NCBI RefSeq assembly: GCF_002113885.1
Contig: NW_018403786.1
Coordinates: 792,776 to 856,775 of the forward strand
Origin: Mizuhopecten yessoensis
Taxonomy: Eukaryota
DNA length: 64,000 nt
Direction of reading: 5' to 3'
The notes below the pieces were generated by a model. The model made no database searches, had not been told where the DNA came from, and saw only the letters and a list, made by a program, of their open reading frames with translations. Made by a program: the position numbers and the translations under genes. This document shows, one piece after another, positions 26,301 to 40,399 of the stretch (its first letter is position 1; each line of letters begins with the position of its first letter).

Positions 26301-26490
26301 AATATCATTTGTTCCTATAAGCTATAACCCCCTGCCTTTATGAGAGCAAACATTTATGTTATATGTAATCATTCCCCGATATCTGCCTCTGTACAAGTGA
26401 TTCCATGCTTATAAAATATTTCTTGGTTAAGATTCGATTTTCCTTATTAATGTTTTTACACATAAACTGCCCTTTTTTTATTTCAGAATA

Positions 26491-28568
26491 ATGACAATGT
26501 TGCAAACTGTCTGTAGAATGATTGTTATGTGGGCCATCTTTGATATTGGTCATGGTAAGTGTATTTCAAACCGAAATTACTATCTATCATATTTTTCATA
26601 CTCTTTCATATTTAGTTTACACTTTCTATATATTCAATCTCAGAGTCGGTATGTATTGCCCACATCAAACATAAACAAAATTCGGCAAACGGTTTTTACA
26701 AATAGATCGCCATAACATGCACTTTGTAGAATACTAGCCATGTACAAAAAAAAAGCCATACAGGCTTTACTTGAGGTAGATCATTACCGTTTTACCATCG
26801 ATCCAGATGGATACTGAGGGTTTCTGCTGAAGATTTTGGGTTTGTTTTCAATTGCAGTGTCATCTTCTCATGTTGATCTACGTATACAAAATGATTTAAA
26901 AACCAAAACTGTTAAATGATAATGCTTATCACAGAAATAGTCAACGTACTCGTCAATTGGAAGTATATTTTAAGCATTCACAGTAAAAAAAACCACCTTA
27001 TATTTCCAGCGTTATGCCGTCCAACTTGCTCACGTAAACTAAAGCATCAATTGAATAGTCAGTCTTAAAAAATGTTTCAGTTACATTTTCGTATCATTCA
27101 ATAATTTACCTTTATATTAATGATAAATAGCAACAAATCTAAATCGTAGAAAAATGAATCATTGAATAATTTACTTTATTATTTGATATTTAAATGTAGC
27201 AAATCTGAACGTCAGAACTATTCGATACAAATCGATTACTGAATAGATTAAATGCTATTATCTTTTAACAGCACGGAACGGTCCCCCAAAGATACTGCTC
27301 CAGCCTCAACAGTCATTGTACTACTCGGCTGTCTCTAACTCTAGTATAATGTTAACGTGTGGCGCGGACGGGTCTACCCCTATTAGGTAAGTCATAATAA
27401 ACATAATAATTTATCATAACCTAGTTCGTAGGTCGTCTCAAAGCGGTTCACAAATAAGTATCCGTGGTTATAGGGCCTTTGCAACCAGCCGACATCTTTC
27501 TCGACTCCCTGGGCAGCATACAACCGGTGCTGCCATGTCGGCGCTCACAGGTAGCATTCAACAATTCTAGCACTGCCCAACCACGTACTCATTTACAGCT
27601 GAGTAGACTGGAACAAGCGGAGTAAAGTATCTTGCTCAATGATACAACACAGTGCCGTGCCGTGACTCGAACCCGCAATCCTTCGGTCACGAGCCCGGCG
27701 TCCTACCGCTGGACTACCGTGCCTCCTAACATGTGTTGTTGACGTCTGGTATCTAGCCATGGGTTATATCATTGTGGTGTCTGCGCGTGTTTGGTCAATC
27801 ATGAATCATCTTTGGCGTCACTGTGTTGAAATGCCTTACAAAGGAATTTGGGGTATATCTTAACTTGGTCAAGTTACTGTAATAATGGCACATATTTGTT
27901 TTGGTGTTCACTGACCTTGACCTACTTTTCAGTTTTGCAACAACTTTGACATTTGTTGAACATATCAAACATACATTTTATACCTAGAAATTTGCGCTTG
28001 GCTGTTTACATTCAAAATATCTAAATTTGTTCAAAACAGTTTTACTTATCTTGTCTTTGGACCCCAAGTACACAAGCGTCTGTTATATTTGACTTGCAGC
28101 TGATGTTTCCACTTCATGCCATGTTGTCGGACCGCATAACAGTAACCGATATTAAACCAAACAAATTATTTACATTTTTTCTAATACAAAAATGCTATCG
28201 TTATATAGTCTATGAATAAGAAATGAGAATCGACCTTGATAAAATCTCAAGTTAGAGACAGTATAATCAACAAGGTAGCATAAATGATCAAACGTCTTTA
28301 TTGTGTGGTCGACGAAGTTGAACAGAGAATAAATTTATCAAGTAATGCTAAGTCCTCAATGTGGGAACTCAGATAGTGGCAAAGAACCAAACGGTGTAAT
28401 TACGAGATAAATCAAAATACATGACGTCCTTATCGCACAAAGCTGTTTTCCAAAGATTGTCCATGTGAGATCTTAATGATCATCATCACCATCTCCATCG
28501 CTCGAAACCTTGTGTTTAATGATAATGATTATATATTTATTTAACCAGGGTTACATATGGCCCTGCAT

Positions 28569-28603
<35 letters not shown>

Positions 28604-31600
28604 AGCATGACAACAATTTAAGATAACAGTATAAAAATGCAGTACATGGTATCATCACAGTCAATGTAACTTAAAATTTAGTAATCCTAAAGTATAATTC
28701 AATATTGAATATAATTCAATATAGCACACAAGTGTCACTGAATGATATGGTTAAAGCACTATCATTGTCAAATATACATGTAATGCTTATATAGCAAAGG
28801 GTGAAAAATGACAAGATATACACTAATATAGTGTGTATCAAAATGAGACAATGAAGTCGGTGTTGCAAGTGTTGTCAGTTGTCGACATTTGTCACGATTG
28901 TTTTTTATGTTGGACTTGATAAAAGGCTAATTGAAGAAATGCATACAATTCATTTTTTTCCCAGCCTCTGGAATAATCTTTTACATAATCCATCAGTATC
29001 CTGTACTATTCGTTCAATTTGAACGCGTGATTGTTTTTTGAATTTTGCAGATTATCATGGGAAAGGAATGGAGTCCCTGTAAAGTTTGAAAAATTCGAAA
29101 ACGGTGGCGGCGTTTTTGATTTAAATCATGCAATAAATAACCCCGCCCAGACCGACGAGGGAGAATATATTTGCTACGTCAGCAATGACCTCGGCCACAC
29201 CATGACGTACCCAATTCAGCTAACACAGGCAGTGTTAGATGATCATTCTAAACAGAATATCGTTTACGATGAGACAGCTGAACAGGGCAGTCCTTTTACA
29301 CTACCATGTGAAATCCCTTACAGCGTACCGGAACCGGAAGTATACTGGGTGAAGATTACTACCACCAGTAGTGTAACACCGCAGAACCGAATTCAATATG
29401 ACGAACGAATTACATCAGATATCAACGGTAACTTTGATATTTTGATTACATTTGTTAACATTTCATTTGATAACAGTATTATATTGCTTATCTATTGCAT
29501 CAAGTCAAATATTTATAGAGTATTATTCGTAGCGTCTCATATCTGTGAATGATAACTTTATTAATTAGTTTTTAAACCTGTATCTCTCGTTTATTGTTAT
29601 CATTGTTTCTCGCATCTCCGACAGAGATAGTCCACATAATACCCCATGCTAGATTTTTCTATCTCGTCCTATCTGTCTGGTACCTTTACGTGATATTTCG
29701 CGGAATTTTGACACTGCAGTGTATTCATCCACGCGTTAACGGCTTGAAATCGACAATATGCATTATAAATATTCTGTTTATCGTTATTTGTATTATTCTA
29801 ATGTTGTTGGATATTTGATGTTGTAGATAGAAAATATTCTACATTGAGAAATACCTAGTCTTTTTTGTAAGGACGGACTAGATTTTACGCGGGATCATTC
29901 AACTGTAGCTTTAGTAATAAAGAGGCTAATTTTGTATGGCCCCAGACGGGATACTTATAGTCTTTAGCAAAGTTTAATAGGGTTTTTTTCGAACGAAAAG
30001 GTGCAAAAAAAAATCAATTACCTATAACTGAGCCAGTCGAGTTATCTTAGTCTCGGGCTAGGATTCTGTAACATCCTAACCTCGGCTTACGCCTCGAATC
30101 TTAACCCTCGACAGAGATAACCCGAACTCACTCAGTTACAGGTTATAGGTTTTATTAAAGACTCTGGTAAGTTGTCACAGATATACTCATTTTAATAAAC
30201 ATTTTTATAAACTATACTTTATTAATGTATTAAGTTATTAGTTTACACACATTTCAATTAAGGATATTCATTATTTGTTAACACCTACAATAATCACTGG
30301 AAAAGGGACGTTAGGCAGTTTCATGTAAGTCCATGAAGTATGCTAAAAAGTAAACATTTCATACAAAATATTACCCTTTCCTTTATTAAGAATTCACTAG
30401 TGGAACTACAATCTTGTTTAGCTCAGAAGAAGTGAAAATATATGTCAAAAGTGTCAGTACGAAAAAAATGTTTCTAAATGGAACAATACAAATTGAAGTT
30501 CTGCAAATTTATTTTGTATTGTATACCCACCAAATCCCGGTATTATGAGGCTGGTTCAGCTAAGAGCTAGTTTGTGCATTCTGACATCTATTGGTGTGAT
30601 GTAAAATAGATACCATGGTATTTGAATGGCACTTTTATAGCTGATTTCACAGTTACAAAAGGCTTTACATACGCGTGCTTCCAAATAAAAGAGTATAGGC
30701 AATAGACACGGGCTAACGGGAAAACTGCATGAAGCACAACTATCTTAAACCTTCCTTTTCTAAAAGGTTTTGTAGTTTGGCTTAAAAAAATGAAGATATT
30801 AAAGGGAAGATGAAATTCAGTTTATCATTATTTGATATATAATAACAAGATCTAGTTTTATCAAAGGTTACCATTTTGACGTAATGAAGACTGTTGAATT
30901 CTTTATTTCGGTTTAGGTAACCTTCACGCCCTCTTCATTGAGAACTCAGATACTGGAAGGTACAGATGTGTCATCTACAATTCATTGCTCCAAAAAACAA
31001 CCTATGGCCCGATCTTCAACTTACAGACCACAGGTAAAATACACAGTTATTGACGTATGTTGAGATAGATCCTATATTTCGGTAGCCAATACGTAAGTAG
31101 TTTTATATCAATTCTACAACTTACTATAGTAAAAAATGACGCCACAAAATATCACGAATGAGTTAAGCTATTGTAAAATGAAGTTTTACTTTTTTTTTGC
31201 ACACTATCATATTTAAAAAAAAAAGTTTCCTGGTAACCCTCTACAAGTAAAATCGATATTTCACATTGGAAAAAAAAAATCAGAATATATTTAAGATTAA
31301 CCTAAACGGAAGGGTTTTGATATATACACGGTTTTATTTCCCCGTCACATTTCTTCGTTCAATTTTATTAAATACTTCTGAATTAAATATGATATATTGA
31401 GCTCATTGCGCTTTAAACATTTATTATTCATAAAAGGTACCTATAAATACATTTACTTCAGTTGGAAGTCAAACCACTGATCCCGAACTGATATGGAACT
31501 CGGACGAGTTCCCGGTAGCGTTACACGGAAGTGACGTCATGATCAGATGTATCGTTGGAGGCAGGTGAGAACGTTATGCATGTTTATAGGCGTGTGCATG

Positions 31601-34600
31601 TCTTTTTAAAGGGCAACAAATACATTAACTTCAATGATTAGATAAAAGAAATTAATCAATAATGTTATAATTTACATGTAAAATGGACTAAATTTCTTGA
31701 TACATACAAAATCATTTCTCACATTGATTAGTTAATGATGATGTTTCATTGGCTCTTTCGAATCACTTGGTTTTTGTCTGTTATTGCAGTGAGTGTTACG
31801 TCTATCTTATTTGTTTGTTTGTTTGTTTGTGTATTCCCGCTGTTCCTAGTGTTAATTTTTCGTATCAACTTCGATTCTTAAGATTTATATGTGTTGACGC
31901 TCTGGTATTTCTTCTTCTATTTCAACTTAATTTAAATGGATATGTTTCAAATAACAAATTCAATCGAGTTGATATATTTTGTCGCTACACCAGACCGCTA
32001 CCTCAAGTCGAATGGTACGACGACACGGGAGCCCCGATGAGATTGAATCAGGTGACAGATTACGGCAGAACCCTGATGTTGAGGAATGTCCGGTTTACTG
32101 ACGCTAGGTGGTATCAGTGTAGCGTTCCTGGAACAACTTTTACTGGCGGCGTCAATTTTCAACTTACTGTCGAAAGTAAGTTTCATACACGCCTAATGCA
32201 TAAAGTGGTATGATACATATTTAATTAAACGTTGTAATCATTATCGCAGAGCACGTTACATTTACAAATCACTTTTTGCACCGATGTATGATTAAACAAC
32301 GTATTCACGATAATTGACCATAATGAATAATATTATAAAGATTGTTGTTTTAATTGGCGATTGTCTCCCTTTGTAAATAACAGTGAAAACATTGATTTCG
32401 CGTGGAGAAATTTATGTGGAGACAATATTTCATAAAGCAAAATATGAAATGGTTCAAAGGTTGAAAGACTGACAATGAAGAGAAAACCACTGACGTGATG
32501 TAATCTTTGTCCGCTAGAGTTACTAATACCTGTATCTTTACACAGAGAGCCCCTCTTGGATCAGAAAACCTAATCCAATCAAAGCAAATGTTGGGGAACA
32601 GGTTAGCTTCAACTGCAGTGCTTCCGGTGTACCCGAACCTACTATCACGTGGTACATTGACACGACTCCAGTCGCAGGTATTTACAAACTGTACTCAGCC
32701 AATCATATGGCCCATGTTCCTTACCTCATTGGTGCTGTTACGTATGGAGTTGTCTGTTGGGATCTGCTTTATTCCCTGTGACGCCGTATATGATTAAATA
32801 ATGTCATAAAAACTAATATTTGCATTAATTTCTACAACATTTGCAATTTTCAGAATTAAAGAATAATTAACACCAGTTTTATAAAAATATGTTTAATCGA
32901 GTAAATAATAATTTATGTTATAAACTGTAAAATAAAACTCTATTACTAATGTCATCATTTTAAAAATGGCAAAGCACAAAAAGGAAATGAGCTAGAATAC
33001 AGAATGTGGGATTGACATAAACTGATATGTGCAATCAACTGTTCAACAACTTTGAAAAATTAAAAACTATATTAAGAATATTTACATATTTCTAATATTA
33101 TGTTATATGTCCATAAATGGTAACGTTAATAATTCCGATTAATAACACGCAATTGTTCATATCAAAACTTATAATATAGGACACGTACTTGGTTATGAGC
33201 ACTGCTGACATTTGATCCATACTACACTTGCTTGTTTATATTAATAATTACGATATATGACACGTAATTGTTTATATTAATGATAAAGATACATTGTATA
33301 TGACCATTCTCAGTTTGTATCACCAGGTGACCTTCATTCCGGTATCTGACTATAGCCCAGGTTCCGGTATCTGACTATAGCCCAGGTTTCGGTATCTGAC
33401 TATAGCCCAGGTGTCTCCTTTGTCATTATAGACGTTCCGGCCAATAAAAAACCTTCCCGAATAGAGAACACACAATTAACAGGTTCCACAACGAGCATTC
33501 TCCACTTCATGGCAACTTCGTCCTTTACTGTCATCTGTGAGGCCTCCAACAGCCATGACTATATATGGGATGGGACCTTCCTATACGCCGAAGGCAAAAA
33601 CTTTGATTCTTCAATATAACCGATGATGTTGAAATAATGTCCAAATACATTTTCCATTGTTAATATCCCAGATGTGATCATTTTAGTATTATGATAAGCT
33701 TTTTAACATCGTTTTGTGGATTCTTTTATTTCGATGTAAACTGTATTTTTGTAATGATTTACTTATACAAATCTTATATCGAAGGTATTTAATAAATTTC
33801 TGTAAGCATATTGTGTAATTCCTGATCAACCTTACTTAATGTTTACAGGACTACCACCGACTACGTCTACACAAGCTCCTACACAAGCCCCGACCACGCC
33901 TAAGCCGGCTGGTCAGTCGTCTAACTCCGCCGCGATCGGCGGGTCGGTGGGAGGAATCATCGCTGTTGTCGTCGCCATCGTCGTTGTCTTCTGTGCCTGG
34001 TCTAAACGAAGGTGTTTATAAGATGTTGAACCTTTTCTTCTCAGGTTTTATCCTGTTTATAAATATAAGTTCATAATATAAAATCATCAATAGAATATAT
34101 ACTGTGTCATGATCATCATATAGCAAGAGTATTATTATGATCTTCCTTATAAAGGATCTATGATAACCCATATGATTGATATATGATACCCATAACTAGG
34201 ATATATGATAACCCATAAGATTTATATTTGATAACACATAAGATTGATATATGATAACCCATATGATTGATATATGATACCCATAACTAGGATATATGAT
34301 AACCCATAAGACTTATATATGATAACCCATAAGATTGATATATGATAACCCATTAGATTGATATATGATACCCCATAATATTGATATATGATAACCCATT
34401 AGATTGATATATGATACCCCATAAGATTGATATATGATAACCCATAAGATGGATATATGATAACCCATAATATTGATATATGATAACCCATAAAATTGAT
34501 ATATGATAACCCATAATATTGATATATGATAACCCATAAGATTAATATATGATAACCCATAAGATTGATATATGATAGCCCATAAGATTGATATATGATA

Positions 34601-36886
34601 ACCCATAAGATTGATATAAGATATCCATAAGATGGATATATGATAACCTATAAGATTTATATATGATAACCCATAAGATTGATATATGATTACCCATAAG
34701 ATTGATATATGATAATCCATTAGATTGATATATGATACCCAATAAGATTAATATATGATAACCCATAAAATTGATATATGATAACCCATTATATTGATAT
34801 ATGATAACCCATAAGGTTAATATATGATAACCCATAAGATTGATATATGATAACCCATAATATTGATATATGATAACCCATAGTATTGATATATGATAAC
34901 CCATAAAATTGATACATGATAACCCATAATATTGATATATGATGACCCATAAGGTTGATATATGATAACCCATAAGATTGATATATGATAACCCATAATA
35001 TTGATATTTGATAACACATAAGATTGATATATGATAACCCATATGATTGATATATGATACCCAATAAGATTAATGTATGATAACCCATAAGATTAATATA
35101 TGATAACCCATAAGATTAATATATAATAACCCATAATATAGATATATGATAACCCATAAGATTGATATATGATAACCCATAATATTGATATTTGATAACA
35201 CATAAGATTGATATATGATAACCCATATGATTGATATATGATACCCAATAAGATTAATGTATGATAACCCATAAGATTAATATATGATAACCCATAAGAT
35301 TAATATATGATAACCCATAATATAGATATATGATAACCCATAAGATTGATATATGATAACCCATAAAATTGATATATGATAACCCATATGATTGATATAT
35401 GATACCCAATAAGATTAATGTATGATAACCCATAAGATTAATATATGATAACCCATAAGATTAATATATGATAACCTATAAGATTAATATATGATAACCC
35501 ATAATATAGATATATGATAACCCATAATATTGATATATGATAACCCATAATATTGATATTTGATAACACATAATATTGATATATGATAACCCATATGATT
35601 GATATATGATAACCCATAATATTGATATATGATAACCCATAATATTGATATTTGATAACACATAATATTGATATATGATAACCCATAGGATTGATATATG
35701 ATACACAATAAGATTAATATATGATAACCCATTAAATTTATAAAGGATATCCCAAAGGATTGATATATGAAACCCGTAAGATGGATATATGATACTCCAT
35801 AAGATTAATATATGATATCCCATAAGATTGATATATGATACCCCATCAAATTGATTTTTGATAACTCATAAAATTGATATATGATTACCCATAAGACTGA
35901 TATTTGATAACCCATAGAATTGATATATGTTAACCCATAAGAGTGATAAATGATAACCCATACGATTGATAACTGATCGCATTATTTTTCATCCATATAA
36001 AGATATCATTAACAGTAATAGATCGTTTAAACTGGCATAAATGAAAACTCGAGTAAAAATGAAACCATTAAAATAATATATATTACAGGAACAGAGGCCA
36101 ACCAGAAACCAAACCAAACGTCACCATGGCCTATAGAAACCGTGGTTGTATTGATGTGGAACAGGTTTGTAAATATAAAATATATCTTTATTCTGGGGTT
36201 TTTTGGGTTTTTTTAATAATTGATCATTGTAATTTCAATAAATGGAAAACAACATGAATTATTCTATTGACATATTTCGTGTTTAATAATCAATTATGGT
36301 GTTATTAATAGTTTCGTTATTCGATGGATGAAATAAATGCACTGAATAACACGAACAAGGTATACTATCAGACAAATTCACAAGTACAGTAAGTAAATGG
36401 ACCTTAGAACCATTCCTAATCATATTTCCATTTCAGCCGACGGCATCTGGAGGCAAAGGGGAGCCCTACTCCGGTCTTTCCAATGCCAGGGATAAAGCGC
36501 CACAAGGAAACGTGTATGACGAGTTGGACGCTGCAAGTAATGGCGCAAGAGCCTTAGATAAGAACGAGGAAGCAGAATACTGCTACATCAGCGATAGTGA
36601 TATAAAAGCGGCACAAAGACAGTCGAAAAACCCCATCCCATCAGTTAGAAACAACAAGTCTCCAGGAGCATCCAACTCAGAATCCAGTCCCGTATCAACT
36701 TCTGTTGGATACAATTCCTCCAGTGGGAAAAAGCTGAGTCACTTCCCAAGTGGTAAATACTCATCAATGAATGACCCTATGTACCAAGGGCAGACCGGAA
36801 ATCAAGATTCCCCGTCATCACCAGAGTACTTGGAACCGAGAACCCACGAGTATTTCGTGCTGGAACCAGAACATACCAGCCTGTAG
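26491..36886 (+). CDS. Gene C: 4-Ig (L1/neuroglian/hemolin-like) type I membrane receptor with ITAM-like tail, 646 aa. Coding exons 26491-26554, 27272-27386, 29051-29427, 30917-31033, 31462-31564, 31994-32175, 32546-32677, 33432-33593, 33849-34011, 36089-36164, 36437-36886
   Basis: Total 1941 nt in frame; one GC donor is required at 33594. Motifs: GPPKILLQP..LTCGADG, W..DEGEYICYVSNDLG, LPCEIPYSVPEPEVYW..YDERITSDINGNLH..DTGRYRC, ALHGSDVMIRCIVGGRPLPQVEW..YGRTLML..WYQC, SPSWIRKP..FNCSASGVPEPTITW..CEASNSH. TM AAIGGSVGGIIAVVVAIVVVFCAW-SKRR. Exon sizes 64, 117, 182 and 162 are identical to gene A. Confidence 0.9.
27392..27726 (-). mobile_element. tRNA-derived SINE
   Basis: Minus strand starts GGAGGCACGGTAGTCCAGCGG (A box) .. 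GGTTCGAGTC (B box), then conserved-core-like TTGAGCAAGATACTT and CTCAGCTGTAAATGAGTAC, a LINE-like tail GTGAACCGCTTTGAGAC and an AT-rich simple end. Confidence 0.85.
30021..30149. repeat. Imperfect palindrome (MITE-like) with central CTCGGCTTACGCCTCG
   Basis: TAACTGAG..GAGTTATCT..GGGCTAGGATT pairs with AATCTTAACCC..AGATAACCC..CTCAGTTA. Confidence 0.55.
33337..33412 (+). repeat. 25-bp tandem repeat x3
   Basis: TTCCGGTATCTGACTATAGCCCAGG. Confidence 0.9.
34160..35975 (+). repeat. 23-bp satellite, ~78 copies, in gene C intron
   Basis: GATAACCCATAAGATTGATATAT. Confidence 0.97.
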
Positions 36887-37295
36887 AGCAGAGTGGTCGA
36901 GTACCAAAGGGTTCCGAAAATTTGAACCAGAACACACCAGCCTGTAGAGCAGAGTGGTCGAGTACCAAAAGGTTCCGAATGTTGGCGTGATTCATTAATT
37001 TCTACTTAGCTGTTCCATGCGTTAAGGAATGTAACAGCACGTAGGACAATATATCTAGGTGCCCTGTAAACCAAGCATTGGCCTGGTTTATTAATTTTCT
37101 ACTTTGCAGTTTCATGGATTAAGTAAGATAACAGCACGTAGGATAATATATCTCGATGACCTGTATACCAAATATTGGCCCGATTTATTATTTATTTACT
37201 TAACAATACCATACGTTAAGGAGTATAACAACAGAAAAGGACAATACATTCTGGTGACCTGTATACCAAATACTAGTCTGATTCACTAAAGTTCC
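36862..37295 (+). repeat. ~61-bp duplication spanning the gene C stop codon, followed by three degenerate ~97-bp units in the 3' UTR
   Basis: GAACCAGAACA(T/C)ACCAGCCTGTAGAGCAGAGTGGTCGAGTACCAAA.GGTTCCGAA twice; then TAACAGCACGTAGGA.AATATATCT..CCTGTA.ACCAA units. Confidence 0.8.
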
Positions 37296-37624
37296 TTGCA
37301 GTGACATGTAATGAAAGAACACAGTTGTGTTCACCGTAACACGTTCTGGTGACGAGTTGTTTACAGGTCAGATACATATGACTGAAGAAACATGTTGTAA
37401 TTAATTCTCGAAAATATAGTTTGCAAGGCGTTTTTTAGCTTACTGCAATACAGTCAACGATAATCGAACAAATCCCCGAAAGAGCAGAAGGTCTCAAATG
37501 GTACTTAACACCATTTTTGAAAGTTTTCCTTCTATAGGATTTATGGTGAAGTAAGTATTAGTGTGATGTCGTGTATGGGAAACAATGTACATGTAAGATA
37601 AACGGAACAAAGAAATCATTAAAA

Positions 37625-37865
37625 TACTGTAAAGGGGGGAATTTCGCGGTGTGGAAATATTCGCGTATTTTGCGTGGATATTCACGTATATTTGCGCTAG
37701 AAAATCCACGCGAGAATATTTATTTATGGATCACATATATTAAAGATATATATACTTTTTATAGATTTCAATGATATTGCCAACGCGAACATTTCTGAAT
37801 ACATCTAGCGTAAATAAGATACATGCGATGTAATTTATTTTCCGTTTTTCTCCGGTTCTACAGCT
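37625..37865. mobile_element. Possible degenerate non-autonomous DNA transposon
   Basis: TACTGTAAA..ATTTCGCGG start, repeated TTCGCG/CGCGA motifs, TTCTACAG end. Confidence 0.35.
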
Positions 37866-38848
37866 GGATTCTAGGGCATTGTACTAACTTTAACATATAT
37901 GTTGATCGTGCACGAGTTGGTGCAGAATATCAGGTATGCTTATTAAGATGACGTATACGTATATATATATTTAACAAAAGAAATTGAAATCCATTATGTA
38001 ATCTCCATTATGTTTCAAACATAATAGAAATCCGTATACATACATATCTGTCAGGTTTTTATGTTTTCATGGATGGATAATGTTTTGTACAGTTTTATCA
38101 TCTGGGTTTTTTTTATATCATCAAATATATGTGTGACTTTATTGTTCTGCAGATTAGTTAATTTAGTAAGTTTATATTTATATTTCATCACAGGTCGGAT
38201 GAGAAATTTCTTACAATAAACACGCAAGCTGTTGAAGTCTGCTATTGCATTTGTATAATACCCTGATATGAATATACCCCATTGGTCGGGCAATTCATTG
38301 TATCGTCTCAACAAGTTAAACCAACCTGCCAACTGATCCTAAGCTCGATGAACTTTTCGGAACAAATTATAATTAGGTGAATGCATCCCGGCAAATATCA
38401 ATGGTTCAGTCTATATCCGACCATATAAAACCGTATGAACCTTCGATGTTAGAAGTTATATTCTATTGTTTGTGTTATCATAGAGACTTAATACCATTTT
38501 TTTTTTTATATATATTTTAACAATATAATTGCTAAAGTGTTTTATTACTTTACAATGTTATGGGCAATTATATGTAACTCATTTAACTTTACATTGATTT
38601 TTAATGACCAACAAATAATTTTAATTTTAACAAAAGACGTCACGAATATTCTATCAAGTAGCATTTACATGTTATGTATGAGGTGATATTCGTGACACGA
38701 CTATTTGAAGGACACTCCTCCGATTTGTAAGTGTATTTATTATTCATTTTACACTGCCATTTTCTTACAATGAAGTTGATAAACTGATAGTGTTACGTTA
38801 TATTTCTGTATTTTAAATTATTCAAAATACATAATGCCGCAAACAGGT

Positions 38849-39328
38849 NNNNNNNNNNNNNNNNNNNNNNNNNNNNNNNNNNNNNNNNNNNNNNNNNNNN
38901 NNNNNNNNNNNNNNNNNNNNNNNNNNNNNNNNNNNNNNNNNNNNNNNNNNNNNNNNNNNNNNNNNNNNNNNNNNNNNNNNNNNNNNNNNNNNNNNNNNNN
39001 NNNNNNNNNNNNNNNNNNNNNNNNNNNNNNNNNNNNNNNNNNNNNNNNNNNNNNNNNNNNNNNNNNNNNNNNNNNNNNNNNNNNNNNNNNNNNNNNNNNN
39101 NNNNNNNNNNNNNNNNNNNNNNNNNNNNNNNNNNNNNNNNNNNNNNNNNNNNNNNNNNNNNNNNNNNNNNNNNNNNNNNNNNNNNNNNNNNNNNNNNNNN
39201 NNNNNNNNNNNNNNNNNNNNNNNNNNNNNNNNNNNNNNNNNNNNNNNNNNNNNNNNNNNNNNNNNNNNNNNNNNNNNNNNNNNNNNNNNNNNNNNNNNNN
39301 NNNNNNNNNNNNNNNNNNNNNNNNNNNN
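38849..39328. other. Assembly gap (480 N)
   Basis: Run of N. Confidence 1.
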
Positions 39329-40399
39329 TTCAAAGTCCTTGTGATGATTAAATATTGAAAAAATAAATGACAAGCGCTTTTACTTCGTATAGTATATTTA
39401 TACGCGAATATTTGATAAATAAAATTATTGCATTAAGTAAAAAACAAAGAGACATACAAGCTTAAGAAGACCGACTCGAAAGTGAAAGGTCTGTGTACAT
39501 ATGTTTTGTCTCATGTTTTATTCGTCTACAAGGTCAAGGACGAAAACGTGAAAAAAATCCATATTACTTTATAAGTAAACATATAGTATATTTTATGTTT
39601 TATAATGGGATTTAATGTTTTTCAGCATGACTGCTGTAAATTAATACATGGTGTATTAACCTGTATATAGTCATTGTATCGAAAATACATCACTGTTCTT
39701 AGCTTTACTTTTATGTGTCTCCTTCGACGTTTTATCGTTTTGCGTATTTTGTTAACTTCATACCATAAAGTAAATTAAGACTTGAACCAGTCCTTGCATC
39801 AAGAACCGTGCCTTTTAAAAGAGAAAAAAATACTATATATAGATTACGAATTAAAGCAGTATTAAATACGGAATGGAATTGCAGGGAATTATTACTGTAT
39901 TTTTTACATACAAATGTATGTATTTTTGATATTGGTGCTTTGTATACATATGTATAATGGTTAGTAAATAGTATCTTTACTTATGTTGTCCTATAAAATA
40001 AAATAAACTTCTTTGGAATTGTGTTTTATGTTAATATAAGATCAGTTAAGACTGCAATTTTGACATTTTCGAAAATATTTCCAATTAATAGACTCATTTT
40101 TAAGGATACCCTTTTCTTTGTATAACGTTCTGTTTTAAATGTGTATACATACCTAAGTTTTATCAATAAAATTGATACACCCTTGAATACATTGTTTTAT
40201 ACACCTGTATATAGTCTTTCGCCGATATTTAAAATGCAATTATATTAATATTGAAATAGAAGGTTTATTATAAGGGACTTGTGACTATAAACAATTGTGA
40301 GGTTTTGTTACAAGGATCAAATAAATTACAGGGTATACTGAACATGTCACTAGTAACGCTAAACGAGATCCAAGACTTTCGACCTTACTCCGGATCTCT

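Noticed and set aside
34313-35823. Many minus-strand ORFs (MGYHISILWVIIYQ..)
   Set aside because: Translations of the 23-bp satellite.
38818-39373. Long ORFs of X
   Set aside because: Produced by the N gap.
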